64,000 nt of DNA, from sequence record SRR31156797_3690. The stretch is one strand, 5' to 3'. The translations under genes and the position numbers were made by a program. Below the pieces are notes generated by a model that had not been told where the DNA came from, did no database searches, and saw nothing but the letters and a program-made list of their open reading frames with translations. Below, one piece after another: positions 45,462-54,278 of the stretch; position 1 is the stretch's first letter; each line of letters begins with the position of its first letter.

Positions 45462-45558
45462 AACTCAATTCCTCCTAAAATTTTCTCGTTAGTAACGAGA
45501 TTTTTTAAGCAAATTTTGTTAACTCTGCACATTAAGTGGTACGTGAGTGAAAACACGC

Positions 45559-45655
45559 AAAAGGGCAGTTGTGTACACAACTGCCCCAGAAAGTTTTGGT
45601 TCAACTTTTCTCCACCAGGTCATAACGCTGTGTATGAGAAACTATATTTACTTTA
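45559..45655 (-). ncRNA. Short terminated leader RNA/sRNA upstream of rplY
   Basis: Promoter TTGACT(45691)-17 bp-TAAGGT(45668); perfect hairpin GGGCAGTTGTGTACACAACTGCCC followed by Ts about 97 nt downstream. Confidence 0.6.
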
Positions 45656-45761
45656 CTCTTTAACCTTACGCAAAAAGACAAAGAAAGTCAAATCATTTGA
45701 AATCCTGGCAGTTTCCTTTCGCTAGATCCTAAGCTATAATAGCCACTATGGAGAAAAATTT

Positions 45762-46478
45762 ATGCGTTTAGATAAAGTGATCGAGCAACAATTGAATACA
45801 TCTCGGAAAGAGATGAAACGGTTGTTCCAGCAAGGAAAGGTCTTTGTGGATCATAGGATTGAGCGAAGGCCCGAGCGCAACGTCGATAGCAGCTTGCATC
45901 AAATCATGGTTGCGGGGCGGCAGTTGGAAACACAGGAACGCTATTATATCGTCAACAAGCCCAAGGGTGTCGTTACAGCCAATCTGGATCAACAGCACCA
46001 GACAGTGATCGCTTTGATTGCACCCGAAGATCAACATCCTGATCTTTATGCCGTCGGTCGATTGGATCGGGACACGGAAGGGTTGGTATTAGTTACGACG
46101 AATGGTCAGTTAGGCTATGACTTGCTGCATCCCACCAAAAAGGTGACCAAGCGATATGAAGTGGTGGTCAATGACTTGGTGACTCCTGAGGATGTGGCGG
46201 CATTTGCTGCAGGGATCACCTTTCATGGTGGTGTCACTTGCAAACCAGCTGCCCTAACGATCATCGATGCCCGAGCGGATCATTCCTTTGTTTCGTTAGA
46301 AATTGCTGAAGGCAAGTTCCATCAAGTGAAAAAGATGTTTTTATCCCGAGGGAAAAAAGTCATTCAGCTGAAACGAACAGCGATGGGTTCGCTGGTTCTA
46401 CCAGATGATTTAGCAGTGGGCAGTTATCGCTCGCTGACGCAAGAAGAATTAAAAGGACTGGCGGCGCATTTCCGCTGA
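45762..46478 (+). CDS. rsuA: RsuA-family pseudouridine synthase
   Basis: MRLDK S4 domain, NKPKG, GRLDRDTEG, EGKFHQVK. Confidence 0.88.
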   Translation: MRLDKVIEQQLNTSRKEMKRLFQQGKVFVDHRIERRPERNVDSSLHQIMVAGRQLETQERYYIVNKPKGVVTANLDQQHQTVIALIAPEDQHPDLYAVGRLDRDTEGLVLVTTNGQLGYDLLHPTKKVTKRYEVVVNDLVTPEDVAAFAAGITFHGGVTCKPAALTIIDARADHSFVSLEIAEGKFHQVKKMFLSRGKKVIQLKRTAMGSLVLPDDLAVGSYRSLTQEELKGLAAHFR

Positions 46479-46492
46479 GAAAGAGGGAGAAA

Positions 46493-47176
46493 ATGAAGTA
46501 TAAAACATTATTATTTGATGTCGATGACACGATCCTCGACTTTCAAGATACCGAAGATCAAGCCTTAAAAGCACTGTTTGAAGCTCATGGCTTGGAAATG
46601 ACTCCAGAGCGCAAACAAAGCTATCAAACGATCAATCATGATTTGTGGCAGCAGTTTGAGCAAGGGAAAATCACGAGAGACCAAGTCATCAATGAGCGTT
46701 TCGGCTTGTTTTTTGAAACGCAAGGCATTCAGGTCGATAGTCCAGCAGTTGAATTGGCGTACCGAGAATTTCTAAATGAAGGACATAAACTGTTAGACAA
46801 CAGTGATGAGATCTTAGCGGAGTTGGCGCAGCATTTTGACCTATACGTGGTTACGAACGGGGTTTCTGAAACCCAGTACCGTCGCTTGGAAGATGCCAAA
46901 TTGAAGCCCTATTTCCGTGATATTTTTGTTTCAGAAGACACGGGTTATCAAAAACCAATGAAAGAATATTTTGACTACGTGTTTGCCCGCATACCAAACG
47001 TTAAAAAACAAGAAACAGTCATTATTGGCGATTCACTGACTTCAGATATCTTAGGCGGACAATTGGCAGGGATCGACACGATTTGGTTTAATCCAAAGAA
47101 AAAAAACAGTGGTGAGATTCAGCCTACCTTTGAGATCGAACGCTTGCAGCAATTACTTCCTTTATTGCAGCACTGA
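46493..47176 (+). CDS. YjjG-family HAD nucleotidase
   Basis: FDVDDTILDF, TNG, KP, GDSLTSDI. Confidence 0.85.
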   Translation: MKYKTLLFDVDDTILDFQDTEDQALKALFEAHGLEMTPERKQSYQTINHDLWQQFEQGKITRDQVINERFGLFFETQGIQVDSPAVELAYREFLNEGHKLLDNSDEILAELAQHFDLYVVTNGVSETQYRRLEDAKLKPYFRDIFVSEDTGYQKPMKEYFDYVFARIPNVKKQETVIIGDSLTSDILGGQLAGIDTIWFNPKKKNSGEIQPTFEIERLQQLLPLLQH

Positions 47177-47259
47177 TTCTACAGAAACAGTAGTAATTTG
47201 CCGAATTTTCGCTATAATAGAACCAGTGTGAATTTTTTAAGATGAAAGAGGTTAATTGA

Positions 47260-47883
47260 ATGACGAATGGCAAGCCCATTATTATTGGTGTGACAGGTGG
47301 ATCAGGTAGTGGAAAAACAAGCGTGAGTCGGGCGATCTTTAATCATTTCCCCAACCATTCTATTATGATGCTTGAACAAGACTCCTACTATAAAGACCAA
47401 AGTGATCTGAGCTTTGAAGAACGGTTGAACACCAACTATGACCATCCTTTTGCATTTGATACTGATTTGTTGATCGATCACTTGCAGCAGCTGCTTGCAT
47501 ATCAAACGATCGAAAAACCTGTCTATGATTATGTCGCTCATACTCGCAGCGAAGCAACGATCATTCAAGAACCCAAAGAAGTCATTATCTTGGAAGGGAT
47601 CTTGATTTTAGAAGATGAGCGATTACGTAATTTAATGGATATTAAACTTTATGTTGATACAGACGATGATATTCGGATTATTCGCCGAATCAAACGTGAT
47701 ATGGAAGAACGTGGCCGGACGTTGGATTCTGTGATCGAACAATACTTGACGGTCGTAAAACCGATGTATCATCAATTTATCGAACCGACAAAACGGTATG
47801 CTGATGTCATCGTACCAGAAGGCGGCGAAAACCACGTAGCCATTGATTTGATTACGACCAAAGTGGCAACCTTCTTATCCTAA
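47260..47883 (+). CDS. udk: Uridine kinase
   Basis: [19 protein letters not shown]. Confidence 0.95.
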   Translation: MTNGKPIIIGVTGGSGSGKTSVSRAIFNHFPNHSIMMLEQDSYYKDQSDLSFEERLNTNYDHPFAFDTDLLIDHLQQLLAYQTIEKPVYDYVAHTRSEATIIQEPKEVIILEGILILEDERLRNLMDIKLYVDTDDDIRIIRRIKRDMEERGRTLDSVIEQYLTVVKPMYHQFIEPTKRYADVIVPEGGENHVAIDLITTKVATFLS

Positions 47884-48044
47884 GGTTTCTTGAATCCATC
47901 GATTTGAACGTTTCTTTTGAGAAGAAACAACTGGTTCATGTAAAACTGCTGATAAGTGCTCTTTCTTGAAAGATGTTTATCCGCAGTTTTTGATTTTATA
48001 AAAAAAAACAGTAGTATTCCGACTAATTTTATGGTAAAGTAATC

Positions 48045-48229
48045 CTCATGCGACGAGTCGAGAAGGTCTAGCATTAGCTGACCAGATTGATAGCAGAGGC
48101 ACACCGCGTAAGCAACCTACCGGATTTGTAGGGTGTCGGAATATTCCTTTTGTGGAGATAGGGTATTCTACTAGCAATAGTACTGTGAGTGAAAAAAGCT
48201 GTGAACAATTTTGTTCACAGCTTTTTTTT
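48045..48229 (+). ncRNA. Candidate structured non-coding RNA of unknown family
   Basis: Extended -10 TGGTAAAGT at 48032-48040, several stems with GNRA loops, intrinsic terminator 48192-48229. Confidence 0.55.
48192..48229. terminator. Bidirectional intrinsic terminator
   Basis: AAAAAAGCTGTGAACAA-TT-TTGTTCACAGCTTTTTT. Confidence 0.85.
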
Positions 48230-48235
48230 GTTTAT

Positions 48236-48709
48236 TTACGTGAGAGAACAGCGATAGATGGTGGAAGACTCTCCCCAAGGGTGGTAGCCAGTGCCGATCG
48301 GTTCGAAAGCAAACTGCTCATAAAAAGTAGAAAGATCCGTACATAGATACAGAGAATCAAAACCAGCTCCAGCAGCGCGCTGTTTAGCTGTTTCGATCAA
48401 AAGGCGGGCACCGCCTTGGCCACGCCACAAAGGGTCCACATACAAGGCGCAAAGCCAAGGCGTCAAATCCATCCGACTGATGAAGTCGTTGGGGATCAAG
48501 CCGCCGCAGCCGATGATTTGATAAGGTCCGTCGGATGCCATCTCATCATTGACCAGCAGTAGCCATTGCGGCAAAATGCTTGTTGAAAAACTATGGGTCA
48601 GGCTGTCTTCATAAACCATGAGGGAATCGGGGCCAGCCCACTGTTTTTGGAAGTAACGGATCGCTTCTGCTAAGTATTCAGGGTGTTCTTTAAGGGTGAT
48701 GACCTGCAT
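48236..48709 (-). CDS. GNAT-family acetyltransferase
   Basis: PWLCALYVDPLWRGQG. Confidence 0.85.
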   Translation of the reverse strand: MQVITLKEHPEYLAEAIRYFQKQWAGPDSLMVYEDSLTHSFSTSILPQWLLLVNDEMASDGPYQIIGCGGLIPNDFISRMDLTPWLCALYVDPLWRGQGGARLLIETAKQRAAGAGFDSLYLCTDLSTFYEQFAFEPIGTGYHPWGESSTIYRCSLT

Positions 48710-48720
48710 TTTTTTCTCCT

Positions 48721-50037
48721 TTATCCTTCTTTAGGTAAGCGAATCTGAAAAATAACCCCTCGTGGCTGCAGATCTTTGACCAGAATTTGTCCTTTGTGCT
48801 CTTCGACGATTTGCTTGGCGATCGCTAAGCCTAAACCATAGCCGCCGGTCTCCTTGGAGCGAGAACGATCCTCGCGGTAGAAGCGGTCAAAGATGCGAGC
48901 TTTCTCTTCATCGGAAATAGTTGGTCCCGTGTTTTTGACCTCGATCAGCCATTGCTTGTTAGAAATCTCCGATAAGAGCGTAATTTTATCACCACTGCTG
49001 GTATATTTTAAGGCATTATCTAGGAGAATCACGAGGACTTGATGAATTTTCTTTTGATCAAAGCAAGCGGTCGTTTTGGCAAAATTTTCGACAATAAAAT
49101 GTTTTTGATCCAGTTCGGCAATTTCTTTGAAAGGTTTGACTAAGTCATCGATAAACGGAACTAATTCGACGGTTTCTTTCGTTAACAGCAGTTGATTGGA
49201 ATCACTGCGGGCAATCGTTAGTAGATCAGCCGTTAATCCAGTTAGCCGTCGGGTTTCCGCTAACGCTTGTGCAATGCTTTCAGATTCTTCAATGATCGTA
49301 TGATTGGGCTTGGTAAACAGGCGCTCCAGACTATTTTGAATGATCGTCAATGGTGTGCGCAGCTCGTGAGAAGCATTTTCGACAAATTCTTGTTGTTTCT
49401 TCCACGAGGCTAAAATTGGGCGCATGTTCAAGCTGGAAAGCAAGTAGCTGATCCCGATCGAGAGAATCCAGAAAAAAATCATCGATAAAATCAAGATGGT
49501 TTGGAAATTGTTCATGGCATTTTTGATTTGATTGGTGTTCGCTAAGACTTGGATATAGCCGACCCCGGCGTCATTGGTTGGGGCTTTGGTGGTGATTGAG
49601 CGAAACAAAAGTGTCTCTTCTTCCTCTGACAAGGACTGATCCACCACTGAAAAAGACGTGATACTGTCTAAATGGCTCGTATCTAAAGATAGACTTGCCA
49701 ATTGTGAAAAACGGCCGCCTAAAGTCTGTTTGTTTAAAATCTCGCCGTCCTCAGACCAGAGGATCAACTGGGTGTTGAAGCGATTGGTACCAGGGATCTT
49801 CGGCATTGCACTATCTGGTGGCAATACCTCTAGATTGGATTGCGAAGCGCTGATCTCAGCTTGGATCAAGCGGGTATCTTTGACTGCTTGTTCCAAAGAA
49901 ATATCGGTTTGACGATAAGCCGATTGGTTGAATAATTGGAGCACGATCGTTCCTAAAAGTAAGAAGACCAAAGCAAAGGCACTGACATTTAGGAGAAAGG
50001 AGTGCAGCCGTTGTCTCTTAGAGCGTTCTTTATTCAT
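48721..50037 (-). CDS. Sensor histidine kinase (CiaH-like)
   Basis: Two TM segments, FVENASHELRTPL H-box, DNALKY, FDRFYR, GYGLGL. Confidence 0.88.
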   Translation of the reverse strand: MNKERSKRQRLHSFLLNVSAFALVFLLLGTIVLQLFNQSAYRQTDISLEQAVKDTRLIQAEISASQSNLEVLPPDSAMPKIPGTNRFNTQLILWSEDGEILNKQTLGGRFSQLASLSLDTSHLDSITSFSVVDQSLSEEEETLLFRSITTKAPTNDAGVGYIQVLANTNQIKNAMNNFQTILILSMIFFWILSIGISYLLSSLNMRPILASWKKQQEFVENASHELRTPLTIIQNSLERLFTKPNHTIIEESESIAQALAETRRLTGLTADLLTIARSDSNQLLLTKETVELVPFIDDLVKPFKEIAELDQKHFIVENFAKTTACFDQKKIHQVLVILLDNALKYTSSGDKITLLSEISNKQWLIEVKNTGPTISDEEKARIFDRFYREDRSRSKETGGYGLGLAIAKQIVEEHKGQILVKDLQPRGVIFQIRLPKEG

Positions 50038-50040
50038 AGA

Positions 50041-50715
50041 CTAGGCTCCTTGCATAATATAGCCGACATTTCGCAACGTACGGATCTCTTTGTCGATTCC
50101 TGTCTGGCGCAAGTGTTTTCGCAGATTGCTCATGTAGACTTCTACGACAGTCAGGGTCGTTTCTGAATCGAACCCCCAGATGCGATCAAAAATCTGTTCC
50201 TTGGTCAAAATAATGTTTCTATTTTGTAGAAAATAGAGTAGTAGCTCAAATTCTTTCCCTTGAATCGGTAAAAGCTCCCCTTGATAGCTGACCTCGTTGG
50301 TGCCAAGGTTACAGAGCAACCCGTTATATTCCAGTGTATTTTCATTGAACAAACCTAAGGAGCGTTTTAGCAACGCTTTGATCCGCATCAATAATTCTTC
50401 CCGATAAAAAGGCTTGGTCAAATAATCATCAGCCCCTTTTTGAAAGCCGGTTACTTTGTCTTCTAAGCCGTCTTTGGCTGTTAAAATCAGGACGGGTGTT
50501 TGGAGTCCTTTTTTTCGTAATGCTGAAAGCACCTCATAGCCGTTCATCTCAGGCATCATCAAGTCAAGAATAATCAAGTCATAGATCCCCGTTTCCGCCT
50601 CGTACAAGCCTTCACTGCCATCATATGCTTGCGTGACTTCACCGATTTCGCTGACGATCTCTTTCATATTTTCAGATAATGTTTTGTCATCTTCGATTAC
50701 TAATAATTTAATCAT
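50041..50715 (-). CDS. OmpR-family response regulator (CiaR-like)
   Basis: MIKLLVIEDD, YEAETGIYDLIILDLM, QIFDRIWGFDSETTLTVVEVY, TLRNVGY resemble CiaR. Confidence 0.88.
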   Translation of the reverse strand: MIKLLVIEDDKTLSENMKEIVSEIGEVTQAYDGSEGLYEAETGIYDLIILDLMMPEMNGYEVLSALRKKGLQTPVLILTAKDGLEDKVTGFQKGADDYLTKPFYREELLMRIKALLKRSLGLFNENTLEYNGLLCNLGTNEVSYQGELLPIQGKEFELLLYFLQNRNIILTKEQIFDRIWGFDSETTLTVVEVYMSNLRKHLRQTGIDKEIRTLRNVGYIMQGA

Positions 50716-50736
50716 GTTCCCACCTCTTTAAGGATA

Positions 50737-50769
50737 AGAATAGCACGAATAGCATAAAAAATGCTTAAA
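50737..50769 (-). promoter_or_regulatory. CiaR-box promoter of the TCS operon (autoregulation)
   Basis: Minus strand TTTAAG-CATTT-TTTATG-N10-TATTCT. Confidence 0.7.
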
Positions 50770-50782
50770 AAAACTGTTTTGT

Positions 50783-50815
50783 CTTAAGCTGCATTTAAGA
50801 TAGCTGCCGTAAATT
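50783..50815 (+). promoter_or_regulatory. CiaR-box promoter of the VTC operon
   Basis: CTTAAG-CTGCA-TTTAAG-N10-TAAATT. Confidence 0.75.
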
Positions 50816-50846
50816 CAGTGCATGGATTTCAAGGGAGGAACATTTT

Positions 50847-51569
50847 ATGAAATTAAAAAAAGTCTTTCAAAGAAAAGAGACGAAATATCTATTGACTAAG
50901 GAGCAATTTCCAGCATTTCTTGGCGAGTTGCAGCAAAAAATGGCGATCGATGAATATGGGCAACACACGATTATGTCCTTGTATTATGATACCCAGGATT
51001 ACCGCTTTATTCGTCATTCGATGGACAAACCGAAATACAAAGAAAAATTTCGGGTCCGCAGCTATGGGGTACCGACAGAGCAACAGTTGATTTTTTTAGA
51101 GATCAAGAAGAAAGTCAGTGGCGTGGTCTACAAACGCCGCGTTCCGATGCCCTATGCTGACTATTGCCGCTGGTTGCAAACGGGGGTCTTGCCGGCAATG
51201 GAGGAAGCCCCGCAAATCGCCGCGGAGATCCACTGGTTATTTAAGAAAAACCCGGACCTGCTACCGAAAGTCTTGATTGCCTATGATCGCCTGTCGCTGT
51301 TTGTTGATGATGATAGTGAATTTCGCGTGACGTTCGATCAAAACATTCGCTTTCGCACCTGCGATCTCATGTTAGGTTCCGGTAGTGACGGTGCACTAGT
51401 AGCACCGGAAGTCGGAGTGTTGATGGAAGTCAAAGCCCTCGGCTCTTATCCAATATGGTTTGTGGAACTGCTGAACAAATACAGTGTGCGCAAAGGCAGC
51501 TTTTCAAAATATGCCCAAACCTATCAACGGCATTTATTCAAGAAGGAGGAACGGTTACATGTTATCTAG
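50847..51569 (+). CDS. VTC (polyphosphate polymerase-like, CYTH/TTM fold) domain protein
   Basis: RKETKY, SLYYDT, KEKFRVRSY, FLEIKKK, KRR, YDR, RVTFD, MEVK, FSKY. Confidence 0.82.
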   Translation: MKLKKVFQRKETKYLLTKEQFPAFLGELQQKMAIDEYGQHTIMSLYYDTQDYRFIRHSMDKPKYKEKFRVRSYGVPTEQQLIFLEIKKKVSGVVYKRRVPMPYADYCRWLQTGVLPAMEEAPQIAAEIHWLFKKNPDLLPKVLIAYDRLSLFVDDDSEFRVTFDQNIRFRTCDLMLGSGSDGALVAPEVGVLMEVKALGSYPIWFVELLNKYSVRKGSFSKYAQTYQRHLFKKEERLHVI

Positions 51570-52236
51570 TCTATTTTCTGGCGATACGAGCACCCTTGAA
51601 TGGAGTAGCTTATTGATCTGTATCGCCGCCTCATTGCTTTTAGGATTATTAGTGGCAGCGATCCATATGATCCGCAATGTCTATACGAAAAACTTCGTCA
51701 TTACCTTGGCAGTCTTACCGATTCTCGTTCAATCGGTGATCATGCTAGTCAACGGCAATCTTGGCACAGGGGTGGCGATCTTAGGTGCCTTCAGTTTGAT
51801 TCGTTTCCGCTCGGTTCCCGGGGGTTCTAGAGAGATTACCAGCGTCTTTTGGTCGATGGGGATCGGTCTGGCAACTGGGATGGGGTATGTCGGCTATGTT
51901 GTCATTTTTTCCATTATCGTGGCGCTTTTCTTGACCCTTTTATATACGATGCCCTTTGGCGATCGACAAGCCACGAGTGAACGGGAACTGAAGGTCACGA
52001 TTCCGGAAGATTTGGATTATCCACAATTATTCGATGATCTCTTTGAAAAATATACGCATTCTGCCAAACTGACATCGGTTCGAACGACGACGATGGGAAG
52101 CTTGTATGAATTGCGCTATCAGTTGCTGTTAAAAGACCAAGCGCAAGAAAAGCAAATCATTGATGAAGTTCGGGTTCGTAATGGCAATTTACCTGTTGTT
52201 TTAGGCAAGCTCACCGCTAACCGCGATGAGCTGTAG
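51559..52236 (+). CDS. DUF4956-type membrane protein
   Basis: About 4-5 TM segments, GAFSLIRFRS, GIGLATGMG, soluble C-terminal domain; overlaps the VTC gene stop. Confidence 0.78.
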   Translation: MLSSLFSGDTSTLEWSSLLICIAASLLLGLLVAAIHMIRNVYTKNFVITLAVLPILVQSVIMLVNGNLGTGVAILGAFSLIRFRSVPGGSREITSVFWSMGIGLATGMGYVGYVVIFSIIVALFLTLLYTMPFGDRQATSERELKVTIPEDLDYPQLFDDLFEKYTHSAKLTSVRTTTMGSLYELRYQLLLKDQAQEKQIIDEVRVRNGNLPVVLGKLTANRDEL

Positions 52237-52251
52237 AAGGAGGAACCTTTT

Positions 52252-54108
52252 ATGAAAAAACTCATTTATCCACTCTTGCTCTCATCGCTGCTCTTAGGCG
52301 CTTGCGGGCAAACCGATAGTACTAGCACGAGCAGCAGTTCCAGTTCCGCAGCAGCAGTTTCCGGTTCTGCCGCAGTGACCAACGTTTCAACGACCCTTGA
52401 TGATTCTGTGGACTATTACGGTAGTTACGAAGAAGAAGATGTTGATGCTTCCTACGATGAGGCAACTGCTACGCAACTTGAATTGAATGGCAGCGACACG
52501 ACGGCTGTTGATGGCGTTTCAGTGGAAGACCAAACCGTGACGATCACCCAAGCCGGCACCTATGTCGTCAGCGGGTCGTTAAGTAATGGCCAACTGGTTG
52601 TCAACGTCAACAAAGAAGAAAAAGTCCATCTGATCTTTGCTGGTGTCACGATCACCAATGAAGACGGGGCGGCCGTCGTCATCGAACAAGCAGAAAAAGT
52701 CATCACGACCTTAGCCAGTGATACGACGAATACTCTGACGGATGGCAGCAGCTACACCTTGGCTGAAGGCGAGACAGAACCAGATGCTGCCTTTTATAGT
52801 AAAGAAGATTTGTCCATCAACGGCGATGGGACGTTGGTGATCACAGGAAATTACAGCAACGGATTGCGCAGCAAAGATGATTTGGTTTTAGCAGGTGGTA
52901 CGATTGAAATCACAGCGAAAAACAACGCCATCAAAGGAAAAGATTCCGTATCGATCTTGGCGGGGAACTACACACTGAACACCACTGAAGGAGATGGTAT
53001 CCAAGCGAATAATACGGAAGATGCGGAAAAAGGCTACGTTGCGATCGATGGTGGTACCTTTACGATCCAAAGTGGTCGTGACGGGATCCAAGCAGAAACA
53101 AATTTAAGCATCCAATCAGCTGATATCACGATCAAAACGGCTGACGGAGCCCAAAGTCAGTCGCTAGTGACGGATGAAAGTTACAAAGGATTGAAAGCTG
53201 GCGGTGTGATGACCATCAGCAGCGGCACCTTTACGATCGATAGTGCGGATGATAGCTTGCATGCCAATGATACGATCAACATTGCAGGTGGCACGATCAC
53301 TGCCAGCAGTGGCGATGATGGGATCCACGCCGACAATGAATTGACGATCTCCGACGGAACGATTTCTATCGAAGAATCCTATGAAGGATTAGAAGCAAGT
53401 GTAATCACGATTGCAGGTGGCACGACACACGTCGTGGCTAGCGATGATGGGATCAATGCCGGTGGTGGCAGTGATACGGATGAAACAACGGGACAATTTG
53501 GTCAAGACAGTTTTGGCGGCGGCCCTGGCGGCGGCGATACCGCGGATGACAGTAAACAGATCACGATCACTGGTGGAACGTTGGTCATTGATGCCGAAGG
53601 GGATGGCCTGGATAGTAATGGCAATGTCACCATGAGTGATGGCGTCGTCATCGTAAATGGTCCAACGACCGGTGGCAATGGTGCTTTGGACTATAACGGC
53701 ACATTTGAACTCACCGGCGGCGTCTTGTTAGCGGCAGGCACGACCGATATGGCCATGAACGTTAGCGGTGGTAGTCAACAGTCGATCGGAATCAGTTTCG
53801 ATCAAACCCAATCAGCCGAGACCCTAGTGACCTTAAAGGACAGTCAAGGTCAGACGATCTTGTCCTATGCCCCAAGCAAAAGCTACCAACACGTGGTTCT
53901 TTCCAGCCCAGATTTGACCGATAGCAGCTATACGTTGGTCAGTGGTGGGACGAATGATGCACAAGCAGTCTCCGGTTATTATGCTGGCGGAACCCTCAGT
54001 GATGGGACAGAGTTAGGAACATTGTCCGTCACGGATACTATCGCTAACTTGACCCAATCAGGTGCAACAGCGACAACCAATCAGATGGGCGGTGGTTTTG
54101 GTCGTTAG
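52252..54108 (+). CDS. Acidic beta-helix lipoprotein (DUF4353/Cthe_2159-like carbohydrate-binding domain)
   Basis: Lipobox LGAC; repeated I-x-GGT-x-x-I-x-S/A-x-DDGI units; ITQAGTYVVSG; DGLDSNG. Confidence 0.8.
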   Translation: MKKLIYPLLLSSLLLGACGQTDSTSTSSSSSSAAAVSGSAAVTNVSTTLDDSVDYYGSYEEEDVDASYDEATATQLELNGSDTTAVDGVSVEDQTVTITQAGTYVVSGSLSNGQLVVNVNKEEKVHLIFAGVTITNEDGAAVVIEQAEKVITTLASDTTNTLTDGSSYTLAEGETEPDAAFYSKEDLSINGDGTLVITGNYSNGLRSKDDLVLAGGTIEITAKNNAIKGKDSVSILAGNYTLNTTEGDGIQANNTEDAEKGYVAIDGGTFTIQSGRDGIQAETNLSIQSADITIKTADGAQSQSLVTDESYKGLKAGGVMTISSGTFTIDSADDSLHANDTINIAGGTITASSGDDGIHADNELTISDGTISIEESYEGLEASVITIAGGTTHVVASDDGINAGGGSDTDETTGQFGQDSFGGGPGGGDTADDSKQITITGGTLVIDAEGDGLDSNGNVTMSDGVVIVNGPTTGGNGALDYNGTFELTGGVLLAAGTTDMAMNVSGGSQQSIGISFDQTQSAETLVTLKDSQGQTILSYAPSKSYQHVVLSSPDLTDSSYTLVSGGTNDAQAVSGYYAGGTLSDGTELGTLSVTDTIANLTQSGATATTNQMGGGFGR

Positions 54109-54209
54109 TTGAAGTTTCACCGATCATCACCAAATGGTTATCAATAAATCGAACAGATCGCAGGAAGCCGTTGCGGTCTGTTTCTATGATTCAAAAAATC
54201 AGGAGACGG

Positions 54210-54242
54210 TTTAAGGTCAATTTAAGCTAGGATCCTTATAGT
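54210..54242 (+). promoter_or_regulatory. CiaR-box promoter of the ABC transporter operon
   Basis: TTTAAG-GTCAA-TTTAAG-N10-TATAGT (perfect direct repeat). Confidence 0.8.
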
Positions 54243-54278
54243 CGAAAGACAATAAATAGCTATTCAGGAGGAACAAAG

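Noticed and set aside
48045-48229. Group II intron fragment, known riboswitch or csRNA
   Set aside because: No domain V signature, no downstream same-strand gene, and no CiaR box at its promoter
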